Origin: Thelocarpon superellum
Taxonomy: Eukaryota
Direction: 5' to 3'
NCBI GenBank assembly: GCA_026025795.1
Contig: JAPEUG010000009.1
Location: forward strand, 1 to 64,000
DNA: 64,000 nucleotides
Below, one piece after another: positions 11,664 through 25,243 of the stretch (its first letter is position 1; every line of letters starts with the position of its first letter). A program made the translations under genes and the position numbers. Under the pieces are notes generated by a model that saw only the letters and a program-made list of their open reading frames with translations, searched no databases and was not told the DNA's origin.

Positions 11664-12582
11664 TTACATGCCGGGCATGCCAATGACATCTCGTAACGAA
11701 GGAACGGCTCGGGGGAGGAAGTGAACCGAGAAGATGCCGGTAAATGCAATGACAAGACCAGTAAGCTATGAGCGGCGTTAGTCTCCATATCCCGGCCGCA
11801 AACATGGGCAGATCTACCTTCTCGAACCACGTGTGGAAATAGGCCGCTGTCATCAAGAGCATCCACCACGAGAGTCCAGCGATGATCGCTACCAGCTTGA
11901 CGCCGAAGCTCGATTGAGCCGCTTCGGCGCTTTCTGGGGCCTGACGTTCCGTCTCCACTCGCTTGACGGCCGCACCGCTGGCAATCAGCCTCTCGTCTCG
12001 AGCTCCCAAGGCTCGTAGGGCGAAGGGCAGAACCTCCATCCAAAGAAAAGCGCTTCCGAGCGCCAGCAAGAAGACGTGCCCGCTAACGTCGTGCCCTCCC
12101 GCCCAGCGTCCGCCGATGGCTTTGCATGCGGCGCTACTGGCGACGCCTTCGCGATCACACAACCCACCAGTCAAGGTGAATAGGCGGTCGATTATCGGTG
12201 GGCCGAAGAACCACTGTGTGACGACGATCCAGTAGAAGGTAACGACGGAATAACGGATGAGCCCCTGGAACCGACGGGGGGTAAGCACCGGCGAGGGAAA
12301 GAGAAAGATAAGGTAGACGAGCGAGATCCAGAACCATCCGATCTTGACGAAGAGGAGGTTGAAGACGTTTCGCTTGTCGGCGAAATATGAAGGCGGAGGG
12401 TGGTGCGATTGTGTGACGCTGTCATACTGCGTTGCTCGAGTGGAAGGGTCGAGGAGGGAGAAGAGGGAGCCAAGGAAGAGGGTGGCGGGGTAGGCAGTGA
12501 ACAGTAAGAATTCTATCTGAGTAGGGAGCAGGGGCGAGCTGCGCGGGACCAGTGAAAGAGTCGACGAGCTCGAGGGTGGCAT
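11664..12582 (-). CDS. SCS3: FIT-family (Scs3/FIT2) ER acyl-CoA diphosphatase / lipid-droplet protein
   Basis: YFADKRNVFN.LFVK.GW.W, QWFFGPPIIDR, GGHDVSGH and TAAYFHT motifs; one 3' intron (GTAGAT..CTAAC..TAG) leads to LTGLVIAF...IGMPGM*. Start codon uncertain because the frame stays open to 12861. Confidence 0.9.
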
Positions 12583-13162
12583 CGTCGATGAATTGTTGAC
12601 GACGGTGGCCGTAACAGTTTGCGTTCCGCGTTCGAACACGCGGATACGACGGGAGCAAGATGCGTGTTGCAGTTCCGCCCTCGGCAGGCAAACGCGAACT
12701 CGGGTCGTGGCATTGGTGACGTCTACGCGGCTGATGAACTCTGCTAGCTGCCTGCGCGGCTCGCTACCAACAGTGAACTTACCACGTGACCATTCATACG
12801 GCAGTCTCATGAATCCTTCTATTCCTACAATAGAGTGTAGGCCTCCAGTCTCACGTTGCATTCATCCCTCCAAAGAGCCTTAGGAAGGAACATTATTTTT
12901 GGTCCCGTGCCACACTCACTCATGCATTTCAACAGTCATGTTGTACACTGCAGCCTGCTACCAACGTGGCTTTGAACATGTATGCTCATGCAATTGACGT
13001 ATGAGTGTGGCTTTTGAACCCCACCGTTTCAGGCACAAAATGCCGCATGCATGCATGCATGTCACCGTCTATTCGCAGAACACTGCACTATGCAACTTAT
13101 AAGGTGCTTGCAACAGTCTGATGGATCATTTTACGTTTGTCGACTTACATAAAGTCGCCTTG

Positions 13163-13215
13163 ACAGCTCTTCCCTCCGACAACAGCTCTTCCCTCCGACA
13201 ACAGCTCTTCCCTCC
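13163..13215. repeat. Tandem repeat ACAGCTCTTCCCTCCGACA (19 nt) x ~2.8
   Basis: Directly visible, upstream of the small secreted protein gene. Confidence 0.9.
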
Positions 13216-13383
13216 AACTACTGCTACCTCCTTCCTTTTCCATCTTGATTAGCTAAAGCGTTCGTTGCGCTCTCGTAATCAACAATCAACAATAGATTCT
13301 CCGTGAGTGCAAATACATTGATCGTGACGTCATTGTCGCATAGGTTTGGAATTGACATGCTCCAGCCTCTTTCTCTCTCCTTG

Positions 13384-13737
13384 ATGATGCGGTCCATCTC
13401 CATACCTGCATGGCTACTCGCCGTATCGTCTCTGGGCGTAGTCCTTGCCCAAAATAACACAGAGTCGCCAACGTGCACGTACTACGGCGTACCAGTTGGA
13501 TACAGCTTTACCGTGGGTGGGGTCAACAGCACTGCATTCAAAGAGGCAATAGATCAGTATGGAAGCGGTGTGTGTTCGGATTGGACACCTTCGTCAGGCG
13601 GTGGCTCGTTTTTGCTCCTGGGTCTCAATGCTGATGCTGCCTCCTTTGTAAGCGGGCTGATCGAGGCTTCTCAAGGGCTTCCGTTCCACCCTTCTGGAGG
13701 GCAAGGTCCTCCACTCTGTCTCGAGGGCCCAAGATAG
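13384..13737 (+). CDS. Small secreted protein, 117 aa, unknown function
   Basis: Signal peptide MMRSISIPAWLLAVSSLGVVLA/Q, N-glycosylation sequons, 3 Cys, no intron. Confidence 0.7.
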   Translation: MMRSISIPAWLLAVSSLGVVLAQNNTESPTCTYYGVPVGYSFTVGGVNSTAFKEAIDQYGSGVCSDWTPSSGGGSFLLLGLNADAASFVSGLIEASQGLPFHPSGGQGPPLCLEGPR

Positions 13738-14820
13738 ATCAATGTCAACGCCTGTTGTTGTGTGAGGGAGGCCATAGACAGGACGACGCCGAAGATTCGG
13801 TGGCGAATGAGTGTAGCTAGATCCTCTGGATACTCAATGGTTCTGGGCCCTCATTCATGTAGTTCAGCGTGCACGTGTGAGGACGGAGCGTACGGCTAGG
13901 CGGGTTTAACACATATCAACAAGCTAGAATATCGTGATGCAATAGGGTTCCAAGACCTTTCTCGAATTCTGTCGCAATACGCAAGTTAAATGCCGGAGTT
14001 TAGTCATTTGCCTGCGCGGCCCGTTGTCGTAGGACAGTCGGTCACATGGGTTTATAAGCGACTATCACAAAACGCTTCCTATTACTACACTGAGGCGTAG
14101 GCCCCCGGCCTTACAGGTGCCCCATGCTAGTAATGATAGTCATTTTCGTATCTCACAGAAGGCTACCAGCTGCTGGGGATCAATCATTCGGATCGGTCGT
14201 CAGTCATCAACCTATTAGGTATTAGCTTAGCAGTCAACTAGCTTGCATTCTGACCCTGAGCCGGAAACCGTGGGGGCCAAAGATTGGTGCTGTGCGAAAC
14301 GCAAATTGAGGGGTAGCGATTGACACGGGCTCATTCATCTCCGCCACCGAAGACGAGATTGCGCAGCGGCGTACATGAAGTGCGAAAGTACGAAATACTC
14401 GGGTACGAAGTACTTCTTACAGTACGAGGACGTGCATGGTACTTCGTCCTTTGGCGAACCCGGAGAAGGCACGGCTTCTCATCCGAGCCCAGCCACGGCC
14501 CTTGCGTTCGGCAAGCTTCCAAGACAGCCTGGTGGGCGTCCGCTTTAGCTGGCTGGTCGCGTGCCTGACAAGCATCCATCGGGTGGTACTCGCGCAATCG
14601 CCCGGACGATGTCCGTCCTTGACCTCACACAATCGCCTGTTCTCTACCACCGGAAAGTTGGCCGGCAAGAAGACACTCTCTTCTCCGCACGTCTCCTCTG
14701 AGCTCGACTACTGGCGGCGCCCCTCGACCGAGCATAGATTTGGACGTTCCGGCATGTGCCACCCCACCACGGCTTGCTAAACCGGCGAATCTCCGCCCTG
14801 TCCCCTTCCTTCTGCCAAAG

Positions 14821-16102
14821 ATGGCCTCGCGCCCGCCGAAGCCTGGCGGAATCTGGCTCTGGATTGCTCTCCTTTTGATGATTATAATCCTTGTCAACAA
14901 CATTCCGGCCTTTTCGCATTACTCAATGCGCCCGATACACAGCCATACTCGCTCGATCAGACAGCGCATCGCACTCTCAGATGAATCGTTTCAGCGCAGT
15001 GTGACCGAGAGACATCAGATGCGTGCGGGGCACAAGACCCCAGATAGCATCCCCTTGTGCGTTCGCCCCACTCCTCTTGAGTATCCAATGCTGACACGCC
15101 CCGACCAGCTTCCCGGCTCAGAAGCTCGATGATGTCGCTCAAACGCCGTATACCATATGGGACTTCTTTCCTCCAGCCTGGACATGTCCGTGGGACATGC
15201 AGCGCGTTGGCCAATTGGGAGACGGTGGCAAGTGGGTGTGTGGCATGTCCTTGTACGAAGAACAAACAGACCCGCCTACGGTCATGTACAGTTTCGGGGT
15301 GAACAATCGCTCGACCTTTGAAGCTGAAATGCTGGTCCGGAGTAATGTGGAGATCTTCGCCTTTGACCATTCCACCGAGGGAGTACGTTCTGCTTCCCCC
15401 GCTTCTAAACATGTCGAGTCTCTTCTAATCTATCCGCGGCGATTAGTTGGAGGCTCCTCTCACAGCAGAGCAACGAAGCCGCGTCCAATTTATGAAATTG
15501 GTCCTGGGGGGAGAAGATCAGCTCCAGAGAGAGCCCCCGATTTACACCCTCAACACGTTGATGCAACTGCACGAACACGAGTACATGTAAGTGGATGGTC
15601 CACCAGGACTCGATCTCTCATCTGGAGCTCCTTCTAATCTTCGTCTCGGAATTTAGCGACATTCTCAAGATCGACATCGAAGGTGCCGAATACGCCGCGC
15701 TCGATGCCGTGATGAACGAATTCCAGGGCCGTCCATTACCCCTTGGCCAAGTTATCATCAGCATGCATCTAGAGGACAAGACCGACATCACCTTCCCTCG
15801 ATTCTACGAGTGGTAAGAATGCGCACCACGCACCCTCCTTCACACCCTGCAAGGAAGAGCAAGCGAGGAACTGACTTGTTCGCGCAAAGGTGGGAACGGC
15901 TCGAGAGCTACGGCATGCGTGCGACGTCTTTCGAGGTCGACTTACTCGCCATCACGACGAGCGCGCAGAAGCGAAATCCTGACCGGGTCGAGGTACGGAG
16001 GCTCGCCCATTCCTTTGCCACGCTTCTCTGACATATGATACGCCGCAGTATGTCTGGGTCAACACGCAGGATCCGCAGAGTATCCTTCTTCGCGAGCTGT
16101 GA
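14821..16102 (+). CDS. Type II membrane SAM-dependent methyltransferase (Methyltransf_22 / METTL24-like), 6 exons
   Basis: N-terminal TM helix; WDFFPPAWTCP, RVGQLGDGGKWVCG, YSFGV..STFE and DILKIDIEGAEY motifs across 5 inferred introns. Confidence 0.85.
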
Positions 16103-16802
16103 GCGCATGCGGTTGGTTTTCACGCTTCGATACGTTGATGAGCCATGAGGGAGTCTGTTCCTTGCACCATGTCGTGGCCCGAGCCAGACAGGCCTGCGCT
16201 TGGATCTGGTGACGAGATGGTTTAATTGACTCCGTCTAGGGGAGAGAGTCAAATCGGACATCCACATGGATCTTGAATGGCAGAGAGGAGAGTTCAATTG
16301 GGCAGGCGACGGCGGAGTTGGATTGAGCGGGACAAGTGATGCAGCAGGCATGAAAGCACGATGAGCCTTATCATTGTATGGATTGCATCGGCCGAGCACG
16401 GTGCACTGCACTAGACTACAGCAGATATTTGCGAGGACTCGCTGGACATGAGAAACGCTGTGTCGATGTGCGCAACATATCAAGATTGAGACCCTGAACG
16501 ACGACGACGCCGCCGCCGCCGTCGCCGCCACCGCCGTTTCTACTCCGCCAACATCGTCATCTCCGCCGCGCACACACCTCAAGAGTAGTCGGGCGACAGA
16601 ACGGGAGAGGTAAGAGAAAGGGAAAGGAAAGGGAAAGGGAAAGGGAAAAGAGAGGAGCGGGTCAGCATCAACTGACTCAGGGATAAGGCGAGGAACCAGC
16701 AACAGCAGCCAGCGGCTTGAGCAAACAAGTGGGAGATGAAATGACCGGATCGACGGTGTAGCTCGAATGGACCACGGCAAACATACACGAACATGCACCG
16801 AC

Positions 16803-16850
16803 GCGCCCACACGCCCACGCGCCCACACGCCCACACGCCCACACGCCTAC
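16803..16850. repeat. (RCGCCCAC)6 octamer repeat; a (GGGAAA)n tract lies nearby at ~16620-16648
   Basis: Directly visible between convergent genes. Confidence 0.85.
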
Positions 16851-17077
16851 ACAGCTCGGGACTTTGCCAAATGGCAACAATCAGAAAAGGAGACATGATG
16901 TCCGGGAAAATCAGTCGAGCTACATCTCGCTACATTATCCAGAGAATGAAGGGCGCCCGTCGATGGAACTTGGTCGGCTGCGCCGAAGGGTGGCTGTTTA
17001 TGGATACCTGGTCACCAGGACTCCCCAGAAGCTGGACCGAGCGTGAGAGCCGCTATGGTCCTCATCCATTGGGACTG

Positions 17078-19497
17078 TCAGGCAAAGGTGAGGTCCGCCG
17101 TCATGAGCGAGTACTCGCTCGACTGGGCTCCAGGATTTGCCCCCGTCGGGACGGTCCAGCTCAAGAGTACCCGCTTGCCGCCATTGGTGATGTCATCCTC
17201 ATCGAAATACCCTTGATGCACTCCACCCGCGTAGATGTACATGCCGGTGGGGCCAGCGGGGGCCTTGTAAAGCACCTGCGGCTCTGACCACCCATACTTG
17301 ACCAGATTCTCGGCGATGTCGCTAGTGGGATCACCGCCCGGCGCGCTGGGCGGGAGGAGTGCGTGATCTGCTAGAAGATACTGGAAGTAGAATGTGTTAT
17401 CGGCGTAAGGATTGAGGAAGACGAAGATGAAGGTGAGATGTGCGGGCGAGTAGAAGATATCCCCCGACGTAAAGGCGCCGGAGACAAAGTGGGCCTCAGA
17501 GTTGTTCGCCTGCATCCCCGGACTCCATCCAAACCCCGTCCAGTACTCATACTAGGATGTGTCAGCCACCAATCGGCACTGCTACCATGGAAAGGCAATT
17601 ATACCTACCGAGTTGCGATCCGTGACGCTCCCAGCGGCGACTCTTGCGAGCAGAAGCCCATCCGTCGTCGTGCCAAAGAGGTAGACCTTCCCGTCGTTGC
17701 CGCCCACCCCAGACGGTCCATAGCTTCGCAGTCCGCCGATGGTACCCCACTCTACTTCGTTCTCTTCAAAAAGCTTGTCGACGACGCGCTCGGCGCTCGG
17801 ACCTCCCTCCGTGTGTGCCGTGATGACGAGCAGTGTGGTACCAGTGTACGTGAACACTGCCTGCCTCGTCACCTCATTGACGTTGTCGTATACGATGGGC
17901 GCATACATGAGGGCCGAAGTCTGATTGTAGGGGATCAGAGACGATTCTGGCCAAACAGCGTACCGTTGCCCTTGTCCTTGCATGACATCGTTGTAGCCCT
18001 GCTCGCCACTGGTAAGGGGCGACAAGCCTCGCATGCGGCCTTGATTATCGCTCCATTCACCGATACCGTCCTCAAGGGTTAAGGGGAGCCCCTGGGCCGC
18101 GCTCATATTAACGTCGATCGCGACGGAGCTGGACACAAACCCGAGGAAATTCCCGGTTGATGATTGGGACGGTTGAGTGTAGGAACCAGTGTCGCAGAAC
18201 ACGAAAAGCTTCTGTCCGTTCAGGTAGCCCCCCTTTCCACCATCCCGGGAGAGGTGGGGTTTGGCGCTCAAGTCCGTAATCAGCGCCTGAGTAGAGTCGT
18301 TGACCAGAAGTACACCCGTATCCGGTGCGAGTCCGTATGCAGCGGTGGAAAGCGAACCATCCACGCCGACCGTCAGAAGATCACTCGCGATTTGCGGCGC
18401 CGGTGGAGCCTGGATCTGAATATATTGAGACGTTGGCTGGTTGGAACTTGACCCGAGCGGATTGCTCCTGGCCACGCCGGGAGCGATGACCTGAGAGCTT
18501 GCCGCGAACCTCATGGATACCGGGCTGGCCTGTGGCACGCCGGCGGCCTGAGATCGTGACTGAATTGAGGAACTGGAAGCCGACGATTTCGCCGCAAAGG
18601 AGCTCGAGAGTGAGCTGGCTGGCTGTGGGGCTGGGAGAGACGACGGGGTCGCAGGAGCACTGAGCATCGAGCTTTGGGTTTCACAGGGACCTTTTGTGGT
18701 TCAAGGTCAGCGACGCTCTCGTCAGATACCGCGCGAAGACTCACATCCCTCAATGGTAATTACTTCCACGTCACCAGCGCCATCTTGCGAGATTCCGGGT
18801 TGAGCAGACACCACCGATCGTGACCCTGATGGCCCAGTCAGCTGCTATCCTCGGGCAAGTAATTGACGCAGCGCTTTGTACGGTTCCACGCACCTATGCT
18901 TCCCTGTCCCTGCGTCCCGCTGACATTGTTGGGAACTCCATTTGCTCCAGGAATTGAATTGTTAAACGAGGCCGCGGTGACGGCAACTTTATCCAGCCCA
19001 GTGGTCGGGCTTGGCTGATACGAGTAGGGCAGCGAGGGGTAGATCGGCCCCGCAGACGAAGGAAACCGATATCGATTGTGAACTCGCTCGTGAGGATTGG
19101 GAACATAGACGGGCCCAGCCACGGCTAACGTCGCGGTCAACTTCGGCGGAGACCCAGGAGTTGAAAGGGAGGCATCGGGTCTGTCGATGCTTGATGGAGC
19201 AGGTGCAGTGCTCGTCGCTACCTCCATTGCCGCGACAGATGCTGTCCCTGAGCTCACGCATCGGATGGAGTGCGAACCGCGGCGGGGCAACAAGTGGAGA
19301 TCCCGATCGCTTTTGTTGCCGTTGGCAGAGTTGAAGATCAGGCCATTCTCGGACCCAGCTGAGAGAGATCGGCGTGGTATGGCATGGTGTGGGTGACGAT
19401 AGAAGTGAGAGTGAGGAACGGCGAAGGACAAGGAGAGAAACGCAAAGAGAGCGAACGAGACCGACAGGTACCGGATACCGGGCGCTGGGATTTTCAT
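17078..19497 (-). CDS. Secreted protein with long Ser/Pro-rich linker and C-terminal DUF4185-like domain, 4 exons
   Basis: Signal peptide at 19497. ORFs 18838-19533, 17582-18667 and 17078-17515 join in frame via three introns (GTGCGT..CAG, 18691-18744 GTGAGT..AAG, GTAGGT..TAG). Motifs SRDGG..G, LFVFCDT, VYLFG..LLLARV, YEYWTG..W and YAGGVH resemble fungal DUF4185 proteins. Confidence 0.75.
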
Positions 19498-20512
19498 CGT
19501 GACCTGTAGCAAATGATGACGACTTAGCATCAAGTAGCGGGGTCTTTGGCGCAGGGTAGGGGACAGGAGAGCAGAGAGGACGGGGGCTTAAGATTGGATG
19601 CCAGCACCCGACGAGGATGTTCCCGACGGAGGGCGTCAAGCTTACAAGGAGGATCCGATCACGTTGACGAGGACCGGAAAGAGCGAACGCGGTACAGGGC
19701 AGCCAGGCAGTGAAGGGATGAAGAGGTCCAAACGAGCGACTAGAACGAGGCTGTCCTTGGCAGAGATTGGCGGACTTCCAGTGACGGGATCGTCGACGTG
19801 CGGTCGATACCAAGGAGAGTCGGGAGGTCTGTCACGGCTTCTCGGTGGAGGAGGACAACGAGAGGCGCCGACAGTCACGCGGTGGGAAGCGCATTTGAAT
19901 GAGAAAGGAGTGGATAAGCGATCAACAAAGCGGGCGAGAGCCATGATAGGAGATTAGGAGACCACAAAAATTGTTGCTACGTGATTCATGGGAGTGAATC
20001 ACCCGTCTTCCGGGCGCACGTTGAGCCACCTACTTGTAGCTGCGCCTACGACCGGCCAAGCTTGTCTCCGAGGACGCAGCGTAAGGAGCTTTTGCTCCAG
20101 ACCCGGTCCACTTCGCTCGGTAGTACCTGCTCTATCCCATTGGCAATCATCGCCATAGATTCTCGATGGAGCAGAATCTCTCATGCGCAGATACTGGTCT
20201 CGGTGGCAAGAGTCACTAACGACCGTTAACATCACATATTTTTCGACGGTTTGCTGGATTTGATTGAAGGAGGCCCGCGACGACTCCCAAATGAGCGTGA
20301 GATGCACAGCGTGAATTGGCATCCGGACATCGCGTTGTGGGCAAAGATAAAATCACCACAGCGTCGTCGTAGCTCTTGGGGCAAATTGGGCTGAAATGGA
20401 TCTGTTGCATCGCCACCGGCAAGACTGCATGAGCTGTGGGCGAGAGCTGTGGGCGTCTCGAAACAAATCCATCAACATCTCTCCAACGCCACCAACGACC
20501 CAATCCCGTCAA

Positions 20513-21520
20513 CTACTCAGCCTTGTGTGCTTGCTCCTTCAGTTTGGGTGCTGTTGTCGCTTGTCGCTCAAGGTCGGCCGCCCACAGGGCCGCAGCAACG
20601 GTGTTGGTGAAAGAGAATAAGATGGAGGCGACCGGGACAAGCTCTAAGAGGACGCTGACCAGACCGAAGCTGAGAAAAAGTGGGTGAGCAATGAACGAGT
20701 GTCGCGCCCCTTCCCATTTTCATACCTGGTGTAGGCGCCTTGACGGGCGGAGACGTAGTCCCTCTTCTGCGAATTGCCCATCCCTTTGAGTTGGAAGTAT
20801 CGAGTGTGGGCGGCCTCCCCAGCTCGACGACCTTGAAGAATCAAGAAGAGGATGGTGCCCACGACGGGAATAAAGTTCAAGGGCAAGTACAGGAAGTATC
20901 GGATGATAGCCTGGGGGGCGAACTTAGCCAAGGGCTTCGTGGCGAGCTTGCCCAGCTTCCCAATGGGATTGGCAGCGTTTGGGTGGATTTGTCGACCCTC
21001 GGAGACCAAGTCGGTCATTTTCTGGGCCACAAGTGTCTGTCGACGCGACGTCAGCGGCGGGTAAACCTCGCGCGAATATCTCCCGTACCCCGTCGAAGGT
21101 GTCGAGCAAAGCATCCTCGATCAAGAAGTTCTTGCTGATGATGGTAATCAAGGTCGAGCTCTCACTCAAGACCAGGAAGACGGACGAGACGGCGGCCAAT
21201 GGACCGTTGAAGAGGGTCAAGACGGCGGCCTGCGGAAGATAGGTGAAGACGAACATAAAGGTGACGACACCGATCGCGGTTGTGATCGTTGGGATCAACT
21301 TGTCAAGGAGCGGCTGCCACAAGCTTCGATGGGAGAAGAAGTACGCAATACCCTAAAAGGAGAGGTAAATACAACCGGGCGACGAGCATGCATCTCATCG
21401 CAGGGGGGGCACCTTAAGAGGATAGAGGAAGGCGCCTGATCGGGCCGCCTCTTCGGAGAGCGCTCTGACGCGTTGAGCCTCTTCAACCACCGTTTCTTTG
21501 ACTTTGGCCTGGACAGACAT
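20513..21520 (-). CDS. EI24-like Rrt8/Lds-family membrane protein (lipid droplet / spore wall), 4 exons
   Basis: SGAFLYPLKGI.YF, TYLPQAA.L...NGPL, LVLSESS, DTFD..L, PLNFIPVVG and AHTRYFQLKG motifs. Confidence 0.8.
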
Positions 21521-23165
21521 GGTGATACGCTCAGCTGAAGCCTGGATGTAGAGTGTGCTTAGATTATCATGACCGACGTGTGCACTCTCGTGGTGGGTAG
21601 GAGTCGCTGCGATGCTTGATTGGCATCGGCACACGATGTCCGCACTTCTACACTACCTCATAACTAACCACCTAACCCTGTAACCGGGACGAACCGATGG
21701 CTACGTCATGTGTGCCCAGGCAGGCGCCAGACGCTGCCCTACGGGTACGAGTACTCATGTGGCACGCCAGGCCGAGCATGAGCTGCCAGCATGCGTGACC
21801 AAACGATCTGAGTAGCAACGTGACTAGGATCATTCGCCACTTTAGAACGGGCCCAGCCGCGGATGAGTCTTGTGTGGGATTTACAGTGCCGCTCGTTGGT
21901 ACTATGGTTCAAGTAGGGTTCCAGTGATGTTGCTATTGTTCAGCACGGGCACGCGATAGGTCCTCAATAACTCGACGGCCACCGTACACCTCGTCCTGCG
22001 TGTTTCACGAAGCAATAATCTCACGAGTAGTGCGAGTAGTTAGTGACTACTGTCACCTGCGTCAGACGGGATCCTATTGATCGCTCTCTTCCCCAGAGCG
22101 GCAGACTTCGATTGTCCCCCCCGTGCAGGACTCGGGAGTGCTCCTGCGAAACATTTCCTTCAGAGCGTCAGTATTTTGAGGTCTTTCTAGAGATGAGCTG
22201 CCGTCAAAGTTGGAGACATAGGCGGGGATGCGTCACTTCTTCGAAGACAGTTATGATTCTCGCCATTGTGCGTAATCGGGGGCAGGGAACGCTGCAAAGT
22301 AACAATGCCCGATCAAGCGCAGGCGATCATCAGCGGGTAGCATGGAGAGCTTGGATCTTGGAGATACAGTGAGGTATTGTGGGGTAGCACAGGGCAGGCC
22401 GGGGACAGCCGTCAGGCGTGCTGCGAGGACGAGCGACCATGCCGGAGAGGGCAGGTCCCTGAGAACTCTCCCCGTACGCTCATCCTTAGAGCTCGCGAAC
22501 GAGCCTGGGTTTTATGAGCGCTTACCTAGGCCCTACACTCTGTGACCAATGCACGTAGCACCAACATGTCACCTCGTGCGACGCGTGCAGGGTTTCGACC
22601 ACGCGGTCGAAATTGGCTCAGGCGCGCTTGCGCCTTAAGCCATCGAAGGAAGAGATGACTGGCCGGTCAAGGGTTCCGATGCAGACGCAACAACAGCATT
22701 GCTTTTGCCGCCTTCCGTTCAGGGTGTTGAACGGCCTACATCAGACCACCGCTGCTTCCTGAACCATAACGGCATGCCTCCAGCTTCAGGGCTGGCTCAA
22801 GCCATGGTGCTCAGCCGCGACTGGCAGCAGAATCGCCGCCGAGACTTCCGCCCCCTCCAGCGGTACTGTCGGTGGGGGGGTGGATGTCGCTAGCCGAACC
22901 CTACCCTGAGGACAAGGCTCGGCTTCAGCCGTGCGCACACGACACACAACGTCGTCCCAGCAGCTCGTCCTGCTCATCACCCAACTGATCTCCAACCGCC
23001 TTCATCCGTAGTCTGCTCCCTCGTGGTTGCTGATTTCATCAGTGTCGACAATGCATCCTCCGCTTCCCCACGTGCGAGTCATGGCATGTCTCATGACCAC
23101 CGCGTTGTTCCTTTAAATTGCTCGTCGCCACCCAGATAAGCTTTCGCCTATCGCCCTGAAGTATG

Positions 23166-23181
23166 GTACGAGTACTCGTAC
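23166..23181. promoter_or_regulatory. Perfect 16-bp palindrome GTACGAGTACTCGTAC (member of the dispersed GTACGAGTAC motif family)
   Basis: The palindrome is visible in the sequence; a regulatory role is inferred only from its non-coding upstream position. Confidence 0.5.
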
Positions 23182-23636
23182 AGGCGTCGCGCCGTTGCAC
23201 GCCTCCCCTGCACGCCCGCTACCCCGCCAAGTGCACGCTTTGGCAAGCGCCGCAAGGCAACAAGCAAGCTGACCCCACAGTCCACAAGTCGCTTGCCGAC
23301 GGCAGCCTCGGACCGTGGAATGTTTGCGGCCACGATCCTCTGCACGGGATCCTTCGAGCCCAATCGAATGAAGGGCTGTCGCATCGGGGACGGTCTCTTG
23401 CCTCTTGCCTCTTGCCTCGTCCATGACCCTCCACAGTCTCAACTCTATACAATGCTGCGTGGAAATGTGGGGAAGGATGGCGAGGGGCCTCAAATACCTC
23501 AGGGTCCGCCTCACCCCGACTCTCGTTGGAGATGCATATACTGGACAGTGGCATCAACCCCAAACCCCAGGATCAAGCGCTTGCCCTTCTCTTTCCTGCC
23601 CTTCAGCTACCTTTTCCCCGTGCATAGTTGCCCTAC

Positions 23637-25243
23637 ATGTCGTCCCATCTCGTCCAGCGAAGGTGGGCCGCGATCTTGGCCTTGATCCTGTTCATTTTGC
23701 CTGCCGCCCTCTCCAGCCCGCTCGCCGCCATAGCTCCTCGACAACCTCAAGTTGCGAACGGTCAATGCGCCAACCCTGATTGTGCCGGCGCCGCGAATGG
23801 CGGTGCGTTGTCGGCGTTTGCCAACGCCGCTCAGCAACCGGCGAATGGCGCAAATCCGCTCCACGGATCGGGTTCTTCTAGCTCCAGCTCACTTGACAGC
23901 CAGGATTCAAGTCTACACGCCGCCGAGGACGCGGCCGGGTCCGGACCATTCACCTTGGATCCTGTTCCTGGACTTTACGAGCGTCCCTTGACTCAGGATG
24001 AGCTCGACGGGCTGAAAGGCGAACCCCTCAAATGCAGCAGTCGGATCTTCGGCAATCCCGTCGAACCACCCAAGATCGTTGAAGCGGCGGCGACACTGTT
24101 TGCTGGGAGCGACGATCAGATCTTGTTCCAGAACACAGACCCCCATCAGCAAAACTATCTCCCGCGGCGCGCCTACAGTGGTAAGAAGCGCCGACTTGAT
24201 CCCTTGAGAATATCACGGATGGCGCTGGAGCCGCCGCCTACTGGCGCTATCGTGTTCTAACTGGCCTGGCTAACGTCTGTTGTCGAGGAAGCGGACAAAT
24301 CGGTCGAGATCAATCTACAGATTTTCGGCCGACAGGGCGTTGTGGGAGCGAGCACGAACGACATCCTCAGGGCGCTGGCAGTTATTCATCAGCAATGTGC
24401 CACGCCCCTGCAATGGGGGGGCTGGACGACCGTTGGCATGAACAGGAGCGCGGAGGCGATGAGCGACCTAAGCTTGTCCGACCTTGCAGATATCTCCTTT
24501 CCCTCCACTGGTGAATCTCTCACCCCTTCTCCCCCTGGTGTCGACCGCTCAGAAGTGGCTCATATCTCTCCTAGGCAACTACGAGCGCTTCATTGGGGTG
24601 ACTGTGAAAACGAAGAATAAAAAAGACTACGATTTCACCAATAACGACGCGCGCGTTGTCGACACCCTCTGGCGAAATATCCAAGACAACTTCGGCGACG
24701 ACACACGGGACGCCTGGAAACACAACTTTGACGCGGCCCTTGTGGGCCGCCTAAAGAAGACGGCGAGCGATCTGAGATTCATCACCGGACAGGCGGGGAG
24801 CCCTCGTACAAAACAGCAAGGAGCAGCAACAGGACACACTGCTATGACCGCCAGCGGGGTGGTTTGTGACGAGACTTTCGAAGCTCCATCATCTTGCACC
24901 ACGCTTGAAAAGAAACTTCTGCAAAGCGGCAATGCCACCGTGGCTCCATATCAGCCCTTTGCCGTCGAGCAAGGTGAGTCGAAAGGCTCGGGAATGGCCT
25001 GGAGGAATATTCCGGCTGACAGCCTACCAAGATGAATGCGTGGCCGTTGTTCGGTCCCAAACCAGCCAGACCTTTCCTCAAAGTGCGCTCTCCGATATGG
25101 TGCAAGCCATCTTCGATACTTGTCAAAGTACTCCTTGGGGTCACACCGGAGGATACATCTTTCTCAACGTCTGGGCCCGGCACGCCATGCAAAGTCTGCC
25201 CTCTGGGACGCCGAAAGTAGGAAGACTCTACGTGCACGCCTAG
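23637..25243 (+). CDS. Orphan secreted multi-domain protein with two Cys-containing ...C...GG modules, 4 exons
   Basis: Signal peptide (WAAILALILFILPAALS/SP). Introns 24181-24291, a GTGAAT..TAG intron near 24510-24574, and 24974-25031 join four ORF pieces in frame. Confidence 0.75.

Noticed and set aside
12583..12861. 93-codon N-terminal extension of SCS3 in the ORF track
   Set aside because: Not FIT-like and probably 5' UTR or promoter that is open by chance; cannot be excluded without transcript data.
21661..21685. CCTAACCCT telomere-like word (telomerase RNA template?)
   Set aside because: Not a full TAACCCTAA template and only a single copy in a promoter.
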